From the sequence record AP025670.1: DNA of 64,000 bases; one strand, given 5' to 3'. Shown here piece by piece: positions 29,032 through 38,687 of this stretch. Both the position numbers and the translations under genes were made by a program. The stretch comes from a plasmid. The notes under the pieces are model-generated. The model was not told where the DNA came from and did no database searches. It worked only from the letters and a program-made list of their open reading frames with translations. Positions within the stretch are counted from its first letter, which is position 1. Each line of letters begins with the position of its first letter.

Positions 29032-29469
29032 CTATTTTTCAGTGGTGATCGCTATAACGAAAGGTACATCGGGCGTGCCTTTAGTTTCTGAGTTCTCAAT
29101 GACAAACCCAGTTTCCCACACGCCATTTGCGCCGTATTCGCGCTCACTGCTCTCGTCTTCCGGCAGCACCTTAAAAACGCCCCGCGCCAGCTCTTCCTGT
29201 TCCTCAGTAAGAGCAACGTAGCAGTTGTTCTCATGGATACATAAGCTGCCATCTGCATGACGCAGGATTACCATGTCTGATCCGAACTGACCGACCTTAC
29301 GACGCACCTGCACACAGAACCCCACCCGGTTACTTACTGGCAAGCTGTTTGGCCCGGTAATGACAAACTGCCCAAAAGCTGGATGAGATGACGTGCGTAT
29401 CATCCGGCTCCAGTCCATATTCGCGCCAATACTGGTAAGAATGTTCACAGCATCCTCGTTATCCATCAT
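29032..29469 (-). CDS. hypothetical protein
   Basis: 145-aa ORF. Confidence 0.4.
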   Translation of the reverse strand: MMDNEDAVNILTSIGANMDWSRMIRTSSHPAFGQFVITGPNSLPVSNRVGFCVQVRRKVGQFGSDMVILRHADGSLCIHENNCYVALTEEQEELARGVFKVLPEDESSEREYGANGVWETGFVIENSETKGTPDVPFVIAITTEK

Positions 29470-29702
29470 TCTGATTTCCCCCCCATTTTATATCTTAGTC
29501 ACTGCCAAAAGCATCGTAGTAGGCGACGTCTACAGGCGTACCTGCATTGTAGGTATCTTCCCAGCCGCTACTTTCACCCACGCTGTCACCGTTAAGCTCA
29601 GCAATCAGGCTCAGCTGCTCAAACCATTCCTCAAAAGAGCTCGTGGCTTTTGTCGATGCAAAATCAGCCATATACTTTCTCTCTCGTTTTGTTGGGCCAG
29701 TG

Positions 29703-30623
29703 TCAGACAGACACCAGCGTTTTCACTTCTTCTTTCCCGAAAGCCTTGCACGTCAGCTCAGCTGATTCGCCAGCAAGAGCCGGGGCTTTCCATTTGATGA
29801 ACACGGTATTACCACGCGTTAAGATCTCAGCACCTTCCAGTTTGCATTCCGGTGCCTTAGTTTCACCACTGCGGGTAGCCTTTACCGTAAAGACCCATGC
29901 CACACCAGCGGTCAGGTTTTTCGGCATGTCATAGCGAAACTCTACTGGTGGGCTATCACTGGCCTGTACATCAGAAATATCAACTCCGGCTGATTTCAGC
30001 TCGTTCAGGGCCACTTCCCGGCTTTCACCCACACTTTCCTGCTCATGGATTTGCTGCTGGATCCACGCTTTATCACTTGAGGACAGAGATGAGGCATGAC
30101 TATTACTGCTGCTCAACATCCAGTACATCATCGCGAGCGTTGTCCAGTCAGTACCGCTACGCTTGCGCTCATCAATTATGGAGCTCACTTTCTCAGGTGG
30201 GGCTTTTGTCCCGATGTACGAAGCACTTCGCCCCGACGTACCGGAAAACTTTTGAGAAGAATTATCTCGGGCTGAAAATGCGGCCGGATTTTCTTTTGTG
30301 CCAATTTTGCCTTTGTTCTCCACCAGCTTCGCGCCACTGATGCTTTTCTTCGCCACCGGACTGCTTGCGGCTGAGGGCTCATTCTTTACGCCGCTTCCCG
30401 TCGCTGTAGATTCGGCACTGGTTTTATTGCTGCTGCTGGCGTTGTTTTTGCTGCTGGAGCTGCTGCTGGGCGAGGATGAAGGTTTGCTATAGCTGGATGA
30501 CGATTTGTAGGATGAACGATACGAACTCTTGTAGCTGGATTTATAGCCAGCCTCCACTGAGAAGGATAGAGCCAATAACAAACTGAAAAGACCGATCACC
30601 ATTTTGCTGATTTTGCCGTACAT
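29703..30623 (-). CDS. secreted Ser-rich repeat protein (signal peptide; SYKSSYKSSYRSSYK repeats; long poly-Ser linker; C-terminal folded domain)
   Basis: The signal peptide is MYGKISKMVIGLFSLLLALSFSVEA, followed by low-complexity S/Y/K repeats. A promoter copy lies at 30671-30708. Confidence 0.5.
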   Translation of the reverse strand: MYGKISKMVIGLFSLLLALSFSVEAGYKSSYKSSYRSSYKSSSSYSKPSSSPSSSSSSKNNASSSNKTSAESTATGSGVKNEPSAASSPVAKKSISGAKLVENKGKIGTKENPAAFSARDNSSQKFSGTSGRSASYIGTKAPPEKVSSIIDERKRSGTDWTTLAMMYWMLSSSNSHASSLSSSDKAWIQQQIHEQESVGESREVALNELKSAGVDISDVQASDSPPVEFRYDMPKNLTAGVAWVFTVKATRSGETKAPECKLEGAEILTRGNTVFIKWKAPALAGESAELTCKAFGKEEVKTLVSV

Positions 30624-30822
30624 GATTTCTCTCTCATTTCGTGGGCGCTGGTGCCCGTTAGTCTATGCAATGATTAAAACGCTAACACCCGGTGGCACCA
30701 TGTCGAATAGCATAATAAACAATTATTTTCGCAGCGCAGGCCACAGAAACAGGGGGGGGAAGGTAACAGAAACCCGCGCTGGTGGCGGGTAGATGGATGG
30801 CTGCATAACTGCATAATACGGC

Positions 30823-31191
30823 TCAGACGGTTAAAAGTGTTTTCGTCCAGTGCTTATCCGGTTGAACATTACTGACGATAAGGCACATCCTTGAATCAGC
30901 CACCAGCGAACCATACCAGATAGTGTGGCCGCACTTTGGATGATCACGAAAACCCCACCAGTCAAAATTTGAATCAGCTACGACAAAATTCACCCATGCA
31001 GGAATTGAATAGGCTACACCTTGGATACAGACCTGCTTCTTACCTTCTGAAATGCGAAGCGGCGTTTTCTCGCCGGGGCAATCATCAGATCGACAAGCAG
31101 CCTCATCATCATAGACACGACCACAATGCTCGCAGGTAAAGGGTAAGATAGGTGCAGACTCAAGAATTTCAGTGGTCAGTGGCTGGTTCAT
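30823..31191 (-). CDS. hypothetical protein (Cys-rich)
   Basis: The start is taken at MNQPLTTE, which follows an AAGGAG ribosome-binding site. The longer ORF lacks one. Confidence 0.4.
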   Translation of the reverse strand: MNQPLTTEILESAPILPFTCEHCGRVYDDEAACRSDDCPGEKTPLRISEGKKQVCIQGVAYSIPAWVNFVVADSNFDWWGFRDHPKCGHTIWYGSLVADSRMCLIVSNVQPDKHWTKTLLTV

Positions 31192-31449
31192 CGGTGATAG
31201 CTCCTTAATCATATAGTGTATGATTAAGATAGCATGAGCCCGCAATACCTCGAAGAGTGAGCAAAGGCTATACGGGCCAAAGTTAGTACGGCATACCCAT
31301 AGGGTAAGGGTAGTTTGGTAGTAAACGACTATGAGGGTAAGGGTAAGCTTGTAAGAAATCACCCGGAGGGTAAGAGAAAGTTGGCAGGATAAAGCTATTA
31401 GGGCTCAGGGTAGCTGATGCAAGGCTGGTGGCCTCGCATCAGAAATTAA

Positions 31450-31764
31450 TTAATGCTCTTGCGCGTTCTGCTGCTGTTCGTTCGACTCACCGTACAAGAC
31501 GATCCCGGATGTATCGATTTGGTTTTCTAACTGGCGCAGATCATAATTGCTCTGTAGCCGTAACCAAAACTCAGGCGTACTCCCCAGTGCCGCAGCAATA
31601 CGAATCGAAAGAGAAGGGGTCAACGCAGTTTTCCCCGCAAGTAGACGGGATACGGTTGCTGGTGTAACACCAATATTGTGAGCAAAACGACGACCACTCA
31701 CTCCCATATCCTCTAAATCGCGGGCTATCATCTCACCCGGATGTGAAACCTTGAATTGTCTCAT
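31450..31764 (-). CDS. higA: HigA antitoxin (XRE HTH)
   Basis: 104 aa with the [39 protein letters not shown]. Its start overlaps the stop of the upstream RelE-like toxin by 1 nt. Confidence 0.75.
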
Positions 31765-32042
31765 TAGTGATAATCCTCATAATTTAAAATGTAAGCATCA
31801 CCGTTAATGAACTGAAAAGTAATGCGCCAATTCGCCCGGACAGTGATAGACCAGTAACCTTCCCGATCCCCCTTTAATGGATGTAATTTGTAAATCTGGC
31901 GGTTTAGTTCACCAATCTCTGTCGCTGTATCGATGGCCTGCAAACGGTCATTGATTCTGTCTACATCTTGCGCAGGCACACCAGAAGTAACACCCTTTTC
32001 AAAAAGCAGTTTCAATCCTTTGTGCTTGAAAGATTTTATCAT
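31764..32042 (-). CDS. higB: HigB toxin (RelE/ParE superfamily, plasmid maintenance killer)
   Basis: 92 aa ([17 protein letters not shown]...), in toxin-first order with a HigA-type antitoxin. Confidence 0.7.
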
Positions 32043-32180
32043 CGGCCATCTCTGTATTACATGGTGTGTAATACTATACCGCGATATTACACGATGTGCA
32101 ATACAGAGGTATATGGATAGTGGGGGGAGTTGATAAGAAACTTGAGGGGTCAGGGTAGATCGTAGCCTGCAAAAGAAAAA

Positions 32181-32212
32181 CCCGGCTTAGCCGGGCTCTA
32201 TGGTGATCTTAC
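32181..32212 (-). terminator. rho-independent terminator
   Basis: On the minus strand, an AGCCCGGCTAAGCCGGG hairpin plus TTTTTCTTTT. Confidence 0.5.
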
Positions 32213-32542
32213 TCAGCGGCACTTTCCACCTAAAATCTCAGTCCAAGATGCTCGACATTGCTGCCCGACATTACTGCCCGCAGTCATAATTGCTTCTTCC
32301 ACCTCTTGAGGGCAAAGATATTTCTCACCTTCTTCACAGGATGTCTGGTAGGTTCCCGGCAGGTAGAACGTCACTTCAACACCTTGCTTAATCTCTTGCC
32401 GAGCTCTCTCCACCAGCTCATTCACGCTATCACGGTCAAAACCCGGCATAGATGGCAACGGAACGTCGGAAGGTACTGCGTCAATCCATTCCAGTGCGTC
32501 GATCAAAGCGGCCAGTGTTTCCTGATGAGTGGTCATGTTCAT
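32213..32542 (-). CDS. hypothetical protein
   Basis: 109-aa ORF. Confidence 0.4.
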   Translation of the reverse strand: MNMTTHQETLAALIDALEWIDAVPSDVPLPSMPGFDRDSVNELVERARQEIKQGVEVTFYLPGTYQTSCEEGEKYLCPQEVEEAIMTAGSNVGQQCRASWTEILGGKCR

Positions 32543-32979
32543 GCTCCTGTTAAGTTCGGCTAAAACACCTTATTCATACACTATATGAATAAGGTATCAT
32601 GAACAAGAACGGTCACCAAGAGCCCGCCGAAACGAAAAACTGTTTTACACTGGTGTCCTGCCAGCCCATCAAGATCCCTTACACTGAATCCCTTTTCAGT
32701 CCTGTACCTTGATCCTGAATGCGAAACTGCATAGGGGCATCAGCCGAAGCCGTTACCGGTACTACCGGTTCCTCAGAAAAGAAAAACCCGCGCAAGGCGG
32801 GTATGATATAGATAGGCAACCGTGCTGCTGGTGGCTGGGGAGGGCGCAGTAAACCCCAGATCACTACACAAAAAAACCAGCACTAAGGCCAGTAACTCGG
32901 AACATCTTTTCATTTATTTTTTTCGTTGAAGCTTTGCCACATGATAATCAACTTTCATCACAAGAGTACGGAAATGAAA

Positions 32980-33222
32980 TTACTCCCCGGAACGAGGCAA
33001 AAACCTAACGTTCTCACCTTCTTCTGACAGTAGCACGCTCACTACACCGCTTTCATCAAGCAGTAACGTTGCCGTGTCTTCTAAGCCATCATCTCTACGC
33101 ACCAGCACATTGACTCGGCCAAGCTCAGGCAACAGAACAATGATGCGAGAAAGACTACTAACCAGCGTCAGGTTCCTCGCAGCAAGAGCTTCACGAACTT
33201 TATCTATAACGCTTTGCGTCAC
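32980..33222 (-). CDS. hypothetical small protein
   Basis: 80-aa ORF. Confidence 0.3.
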   Translation of the reverse strand: MTQSVIDKVREALAARNLTLVSSLSRIIVLLPELGRVNVLVRRDDGLEDTATLLLDESGVVSVLLSEEGENVRFLPRSGE

Positions 33223-34262
33223 CAGCTGATCTCCATTGCTTCGCGTCGAAACATCTCGACGTGAAAATTATGGCACAGTTTTCAGGCGCTGAATATTTGA
33301 ATGAAAATGACGGTTTTTTGATGAGAACGTGGATTGCGATTTTATGACCGAATTTAGGACGAAAAAAAAGGCCGATTAACGGCCTAAAACATTTAATCAC
33401 ATTGGGCTCGTTTTTTTAGAGACTCTCACTCTAAAAAACAGAACACGTACTATCAGTGAATTTGCAGCATCAGAAAGCAGGGTTATTACCACTTCGTAAA
33501 TTGTGCCGTCTCTTACTTCCCCCTCGACAGCAATCAATCCAAAAACAACCCACCTAACATTTTACAGCAAACATCGTAATAACCGAAAATACCACTACAA
33601 AAAGTACCACTATATCGAGCTTTTTTTATCGGACTGCCCTCCGGCAGTTTACTACGCCACACCACTTAACAGCGCTTGTAGTTAATTCAACTACACGGGA
33701 CGTAGATTATCATGAAGTGACTAAATGGTGAAATTTATTAATGAGTTTTATTGTAATGTGCTATCGAATGGGGGTTGCAACAGCGCGTGTAACAATATAA
33801 TTAAACTCAGGCCATCCGGCCAGTAATGGCTGTGTCATACTTTCGTTTAAGCTTTCGTGTCTTATTATCAAAAAAAACGGGCCAATTGTCCGGGAACAAC
33901 CACCCAGTGTCATAAACAAAAGTGTAAAGGGAAAGGCGGGGCATTTTCACAGCATACGCTCATGAAACCTGACACACTCGGCAACCTTACCATCCAGATC
34001 AGGATTCGCTACCGCCATGCGCTCACGAACTGAACGCGGGAAATGCCGTAGTACACTTACGCGGGTCGCTCCTATACCCCAAAACCATCCCTAACATGTC
34101 GCCTTCATTAATCTGGTTAAGTTATCAACACCATTCTTTATGACTGATAAACCTAACCGAGTAACCAAAGCTCCCAGTCGGCTAACTATCCCAACTGCAA
34201 TCAACTCATCATTAGAGAAAAAAAAACCGGCATAAGCCGGTCTTGGAATATTTGATTAACCA

Positions 34263-34715
34263 TTATTTCAGATGAGGCGAGCTGCCAACATCTTCGGGGT
34301 TATACATAGAGTCCTCTTCTGCCTTATCTGCTGGTGGCTCTTCGATACCCAATCGACCGATCACAATCGAACGGCCAAGACTAAAAGACACGATGCCAGT
34401 AAGAACGACACTCATTACCCCAGAGAACGAAATTGGCTTTTCAAAGACATACGTTTGAGTATCACACATGATCAGAATGAATAGGGAGTATACGAGAAAT
34501 CCCTTTGGTGTCCTGATGACGCCCTGAGCACTCACCAATGGATACCGCATACCCAGAACGGTCATAACCACCAGCGCGATAAGGACAAACGTAATTGCAA
34601 AGCTCCCAGACTCAAGCGCCATGAACGAGGTCACGACCAAAAACAGAAACGAGATATTGAACCAGTACAGCGCCCCCGGTGCCTTGATTGGCAACCCAAA
34701 CATTCCATCATTCAT
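34263..34715 (-). CDS. membrane protein
   Basis: 150 aa with 4 transmembrane segments. A terminator hairpin lies at 34222-34250. Confidence 0.4.
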   Translation of the reverse strand: MNDGMFGLPIKAPGALYWFNISFLFLVVTSFMALESGSFAITFVLIALVVMTVLGMRYPLVSAQGVIRTPKGFLVYSLFILIMCDTQTYVFEKPISFSGVMSVVLTGIVSFSLGRSIVIGRLGIEEPPADKAEEDSMYNPEDVGSSPHLK

Positions 34716-35041
34716 AGTACCCCCCCGGTACGACCTGATAGTAAATAAACACGATTTTCTACGAGTAACATCTTTACACCCACAACAGTAAAAAAGTCTG
34801 GATTCAGCACGAATACCGAATCACCGATAGCCCCACCAGCTGCCGCTAAGACTCGCCCATGCAGTATATCAAGATCACGTCGTTCCAGCCCTGAAACAAT
34901 GAACACCCCTGCATAGTTTTCACCAAACCACTTCAGGCAAAACCAACCAAGCAGAGCCCCCCTCAACAACCGAAGAACTCTAACTGCAAAAACCATTATG
35001 AAAAGCGAGGCGATAAGAGAGGGGATTAAGTAGGCTGGCAT
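34712..35041 (-). CDS. membrane protein
   Basis: 109 aa. It overlaps the downstream gene by 4 bp. Confidence 0.4.
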   Translation of the reverse strand: MPAYLIPSLIASLFIMVFAVRVLRLLRGALLGWFCLKWFGENYAGVFIVSGLERRDLDILHGRVLAAAGGAIGDSVFVLNPDFFTVVGVKMLLVENRVYLLSGRTGGVL

Positions 35042-35232
35042 GGCACCGCCTCTTTTTTGACAAGCGTCAGTCGGAAATTGAAAATAGGAACCTTGTTCTT
35101 GATGCTATATGTGATTTTAACATTGCGACCGTACCTGTTTCTCAGTTGCTGAGCATGAAGAAAAGCATTGCCCGGCTCATAGTTCCGCATCACTACATCA
35201 ATTAATCTCAAACCATCTTTCTGCTTCAACAT
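35026..35232 (-). CDS. small hypothetical protein
   Basis: 68 aa. A promoter copy lies at 35262-35294. Confidence 0.3.
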   Translation of the reverse strand: MLKQKDGLRLIDVVMRNYEPGNAFLHAQQLRNRYGRNVKITYSIKNKVPIFNFRLTLVKKEAVPCQPT

Positions 35233-35326
35233 AACCCCCCCGGCTGCTCTTGATAATAAGATAAATTATCCCACGCACTCCAAGGGGGTCGAATAGCTTG
35301 ACGCTTAATTATTACTCACATGCACA

Positions 35327-36225
35327 CTACAACACACTCGAAAGCCACTTGCTTTCACCCGCAGCGTTCCAGTTAAAATCCATTTTCATATCGATAGACT
35401 GCAAAACGTTTTCATCGAATTGATGTTCGTCTTGTGCTGTTATAATTACACGGACATTCTTCTTTATTGATTTTTTTAGAAATATGAGTAGGTATTCATT
35501 ATCCAAGCAATGCCCATCATCCAAAATAAGTGTCTTCTTTTTTTTGTGTGGATATTCATTAGACCAAAACAAGATAACTCTACGCCCAGAACCTTTTAAA
35601 TGCCCATGAGGCATTAGCTTTATAAAATGACATTCCCCTGGAGTTATTGCCTTCAAATATCCTGTACAGAAACTCTTTCCCGTTCCCGGCATCCCATAAA
35701 CCAGTACATGACCATTTGTATTAACCATTTGCTCTTTAAACAGTTTCGCCAACAAAAACATTTGGCTCAACTCTTCCGAACTAACCAATTTCAAATCGTT
35801 AAACTTCCCGTCAATTTCCTTGTCGTGATACACACCATCTCGAATCGTCTCCAACTCAACACGGATTACCGTTCCACGCGTGGAAAGACCAAGCATTATC
35901 AGATAACGGATTTTCTCACTGAAAGTCTCTAACTTACGCTTGCCTTCTACTGAGCACTCGACAACTTCCGGTACATCATTCGCTATTGCTCGTTCCAGCG
36001 CACGAGGTATTCGGATCTGATAGGCTCCCCCCCCTGATATCGTAATGGCCTCATCCTGTGACATTACCAGAGGATCTGTCAGTGAGTACCCCGGCGTATA
36101 CTTCATATCGATTATCGACTCTTCAAGCAAAGCCACAAGCTCTGCATTCCGCGTGCGCCCAGTCGATAAAGCTTCCGCATCCAGCCTAATGACCAAATCA
36201 TCAGGGATTCGGACGCTCTTTGTAA
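35327..36225 (-). pseudogene. P-loop ATPase gene (Walker A GMPGTGKSF, Walker B LILDD; RHH-like N-terminal segment), 5' end interrupted by IS26 copy 3
   Basis: The reading frame continues without a stop into the IS26 inverted repeat at 36226, so the native start has been displaced. Confidence 0.5.
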
Positions 36226-37045
36226 GGCACTGTTGCAAATAGTCGGTGGTGATAAACTTATCATCCCCTTTTGCTGATGGAGCTGCACATGAACCCATTC
36301 AAAGGCCGGCATTTTCAGCGTGACATCATTCTGTGGGCCGTACGCTGGTACTGCAAATACGGCATCAGTTACCGTGAGCTGCAGGAGATGCTGGCTGAAC
36401 GCGGAGTGAATGTCGATCACTCCACGATTTACCGCTGGGTTCAGCGTTATGCGCCTGAAATGGAAAAACGGCTGCGCTGGTACTGGCGTAACCCTTCCGA
36501 TCTTTGCCCGTGGCACATGGATGAAACCTACGTGAAGGTCAATGGCCGCTGGGCGTATCTGTACCGGGCCGTCGACAGCCGGGGCCGCACTGTCGATTTT
36601 TATCTCTCCTCCCGTCGTAACAGCAAAGCTGCATACCGGTTTCTGGGTAAAATCCTCAACAACGTGAAGAAGTGGCAGATCCCGCGATTCATCAACACGG
36701 ATAAAGCGCCCGCCTATGGTCGCGCGCTTGCTCTGCTCAAACGCGAAGGCCGGTGCCCGTCTGACGTTGAACACCGACAGATTAAGTACCGGAACAACGT
36801 GATTGAATGCGATCATGGCAAACTGAAACGGATAATCGGCGCCACGCTGGGATTTAAATCCATGAAGACGGCTTACGCCACCATCAAAGGTATTGAGGTG
36901 ATGCGTGCACTACGCAAAGGCCAGGCCTCAGCATTTTATTATGGTGATCCCCTGGGCGAAATGCGCCTGGTAAGCAGAGTTTTTGAAATGTAAGGCCTTT
37001 GAATAAGACAAAAGGCTGCCTCATCGCTAACTTTGCAACAGTGCC
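36226..37045 (+). mobile_element. IS26 copy 3 (820 bp), direct orientation relative to copy 2
   Basis: GGCACTGTTGCAAA termini, with tnpA at 36271..36993. Confidence 0.95.
36271..36993 (+). CDS. tnpA: IS26 transposase
   Basis: Identical 240-aa ORF. Confidence 0.95.
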   Translation: MLMELHMNPFKGRHFQRDIILWAVRWYCKYGISYRELQEMLAERGVNVDHSTIYRWVQRYAPEMEKRLRWYWRNPSDLCPWHMDETYVKVNGRWAYLYRAVDSRGRTVDFYLSSRRNSKAAYRFLGKILNNVKKWQIPRFINTDKAPAYGRALALLKREGRCPSDVEHRQIKYRNNVIECDHGKLKRIIGATLGFKSMKTAYATIKGIEVMRALRKGQASAFYYGDPLGEMRLVSRVFEM

Positions 37046-37105
37046 TCTTATTTCTAGAAAACGTATGATTGTTGTTTTCCAATCAATTGATTATTGGAGT
37101 GATTT

Positions 37106-38332
37106 TTGAGTAGTTATTTTCGTTTTATGAGCCAAGAATGGCCGCTTTTAAGCTTTGGCTTTATTACTGTTTTTATCGGTAATATTGGCCAATCATTTTT
37201 TTTGAGTTGGTATGGCGCAGATATTCAACAATCACTTAACATTTCTGCTGAGGACTATGGTTTCATTTATGCCATTGCCACGTTGTGCAGTAGTGCCGTC
37301 ATTTTTATGGTTGGCGGCCTTGTTGACCGTTGGGCTTTGCATAAAGTGGTTATTGTCGTGTCATTTTTACTTTGTGTTTCCTGTTTATTAATGGCGAACA
37401 TTCAAACTGTGTGGATGTTATTTTTTGCATTTTGGGGACTGAGGCTCGCTGGACAAGGACTCTTTCCACATACCGCGCAAACAACCATGCTTCGAGTTTA
37501 CACTCACCAAAGGGGGAAAGCGCTTAGCCTTTCTGCTAGCGGAGTTGCCTTCGGTGAAATGGTGCTTCCCATAATTTTAATGACGACTATCGCTTTGCTT
37601 GGTTGGAGGTGGAGTTGGTTGATGTTGGCATTGATAGTCATGATTATTTATTTACCAATGGCTTTAACTTTATTAAAAAAGTCGAATACATCTGATAAGA
37701 AAAAACCTTTGGAACCCAAAAGCACAAAAACACAAGAGCAAGGGCGTAGAGATGTCGTGAAAGATTGGCGATTTTGGTCGATTATTCCTGCCGTTTTATC
37801 CGCTCCATTTATTGTGACGGCCGTATTTATTCAACAAAATTACTTACTGGAACAAAAGGGATGGCCTGCAAGTTTATTAGCGAGTAGTTTCGTTGCATAT
37901 GGTTTTTTACATTGGGCAAGTTCTATGGTCTCTGGCTCTTTGATTGATCGTTTTCAAGCTAAATCTTTATTACCATTTCTTCCATTACCTTTAATTGCCG
38001 GTTTATTAGTCTTAACGTTATTGGATAATTACTGGGCTGCACCTCTATTTATGTCCTTATTTGGTCTAGGCATTGGTAGTTCCAGTCCTGTTATTAGTGC
38101 ATTATGGGTAGAGATTTATGGGACTCAGCATATTGGAGCAATCCGCTCTATGGTGACCTCAATGATGATCTTTTCTACAGCAGCTGCCCCATGGATATTT
38201 GGGATATTTATTGAAAAAGGCTGGACAGCTTCCACTCTATTTGGTTTGTTTAGCGGCCTAACTATGATCGGATTATTACTTCTTATACCTGCTTATCAGT
38301 CCTTTAAAGATAAACAGTGTCATAGTGACTAA
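37106..38332 (+). CDS. MFS transporter
   Basis: About 400 aa with 12 predicted transmembrane segments and a typical MFS loop, GLRLAGQGLFPHTAQT. Confidence 0.65.
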   Translation: MSSYFRFMSQEWPLLSFGFITVFIGNIGQSFFLSWYGADIQQSLNISAEDYGFIYAIATLCSSAVIFMVGGLVDRWALHKVVIVVSFLLCVSCLLMANIQTVWMLFFAFWGLRLAGQGLFPHTAQTTMLRVYTHQRGKALSLSASGVAFGEMVLPIILMTTIALLGWRWSWLMLALIVMIIYLPMALTLLKKSNTSDKKKPLEPKSTKTQEQGRRDVVKDWRFWSIIPAVLSAPFIVTAVFIQQNYLLEQKGWPASLLASSFVAYGFLHWASSMVSGSLIDRFQAKSLLPFLPLPLIAGLLVLTLLDNYWAAPLFMSLFGLGIGSSSPVISALWVEIYGTQHIGAIRSMVTSMMIFSTAAAPWIFGIFIEKGWTASTLFGLFSGLTMIGLLLLIPAYQSFKDKQCHSD

Positions 38333-38687
38333 AAGAGTGTTAAAGATTAATTCATCTAATGATGAAGTGAAAAACCGTTTCTTTTTTGTTCTTACCATAT
38401 AGACCTTTTGTGATATTCGTGTAACAATTCACACATTATTAATTTTAAAAGGATTGTAAGTTGCATATTACGCCGCCTTAGGCTACCCACCTCTTTCTTC
38501 AAAATTGTCACCATTTTGCGTGACTATTATGCCGTTTGCCGGCAGGTACCTTAGTACCATTTATTCTATTAATTTCATTAAATACAATTTCAAAGCAGCA
38601 TAGTGCGTTCACTAAATTATCTTAGGCTAAATCTGCCTATAGGATCTTGTGTGCATCGATGTCGCTTTCTTTTATGATAGGATTTTC

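Noticed and set aside
30185-30492. Small ORFs 30185..30382 (minus) and 30298..30492 (plus) with poly-Leu/Ala translations.
   Set aside because: They are alternative-frame readings of the low-complexity Ser-codon repeat inside the 29703..30623 gene.
5994-36225. Possibility that the segment is a P1-like prophage or phage-plasmid, given the P1-type repA, iterons and parAB-parS.
   Set aside because: No phage structural, lysis or packaging genes are present. The gene content (psiB/psiA, ParB-like nuclease, higBA, small acidic proteins) instead matches a conjugative-plasmid maintenance plus leading region.
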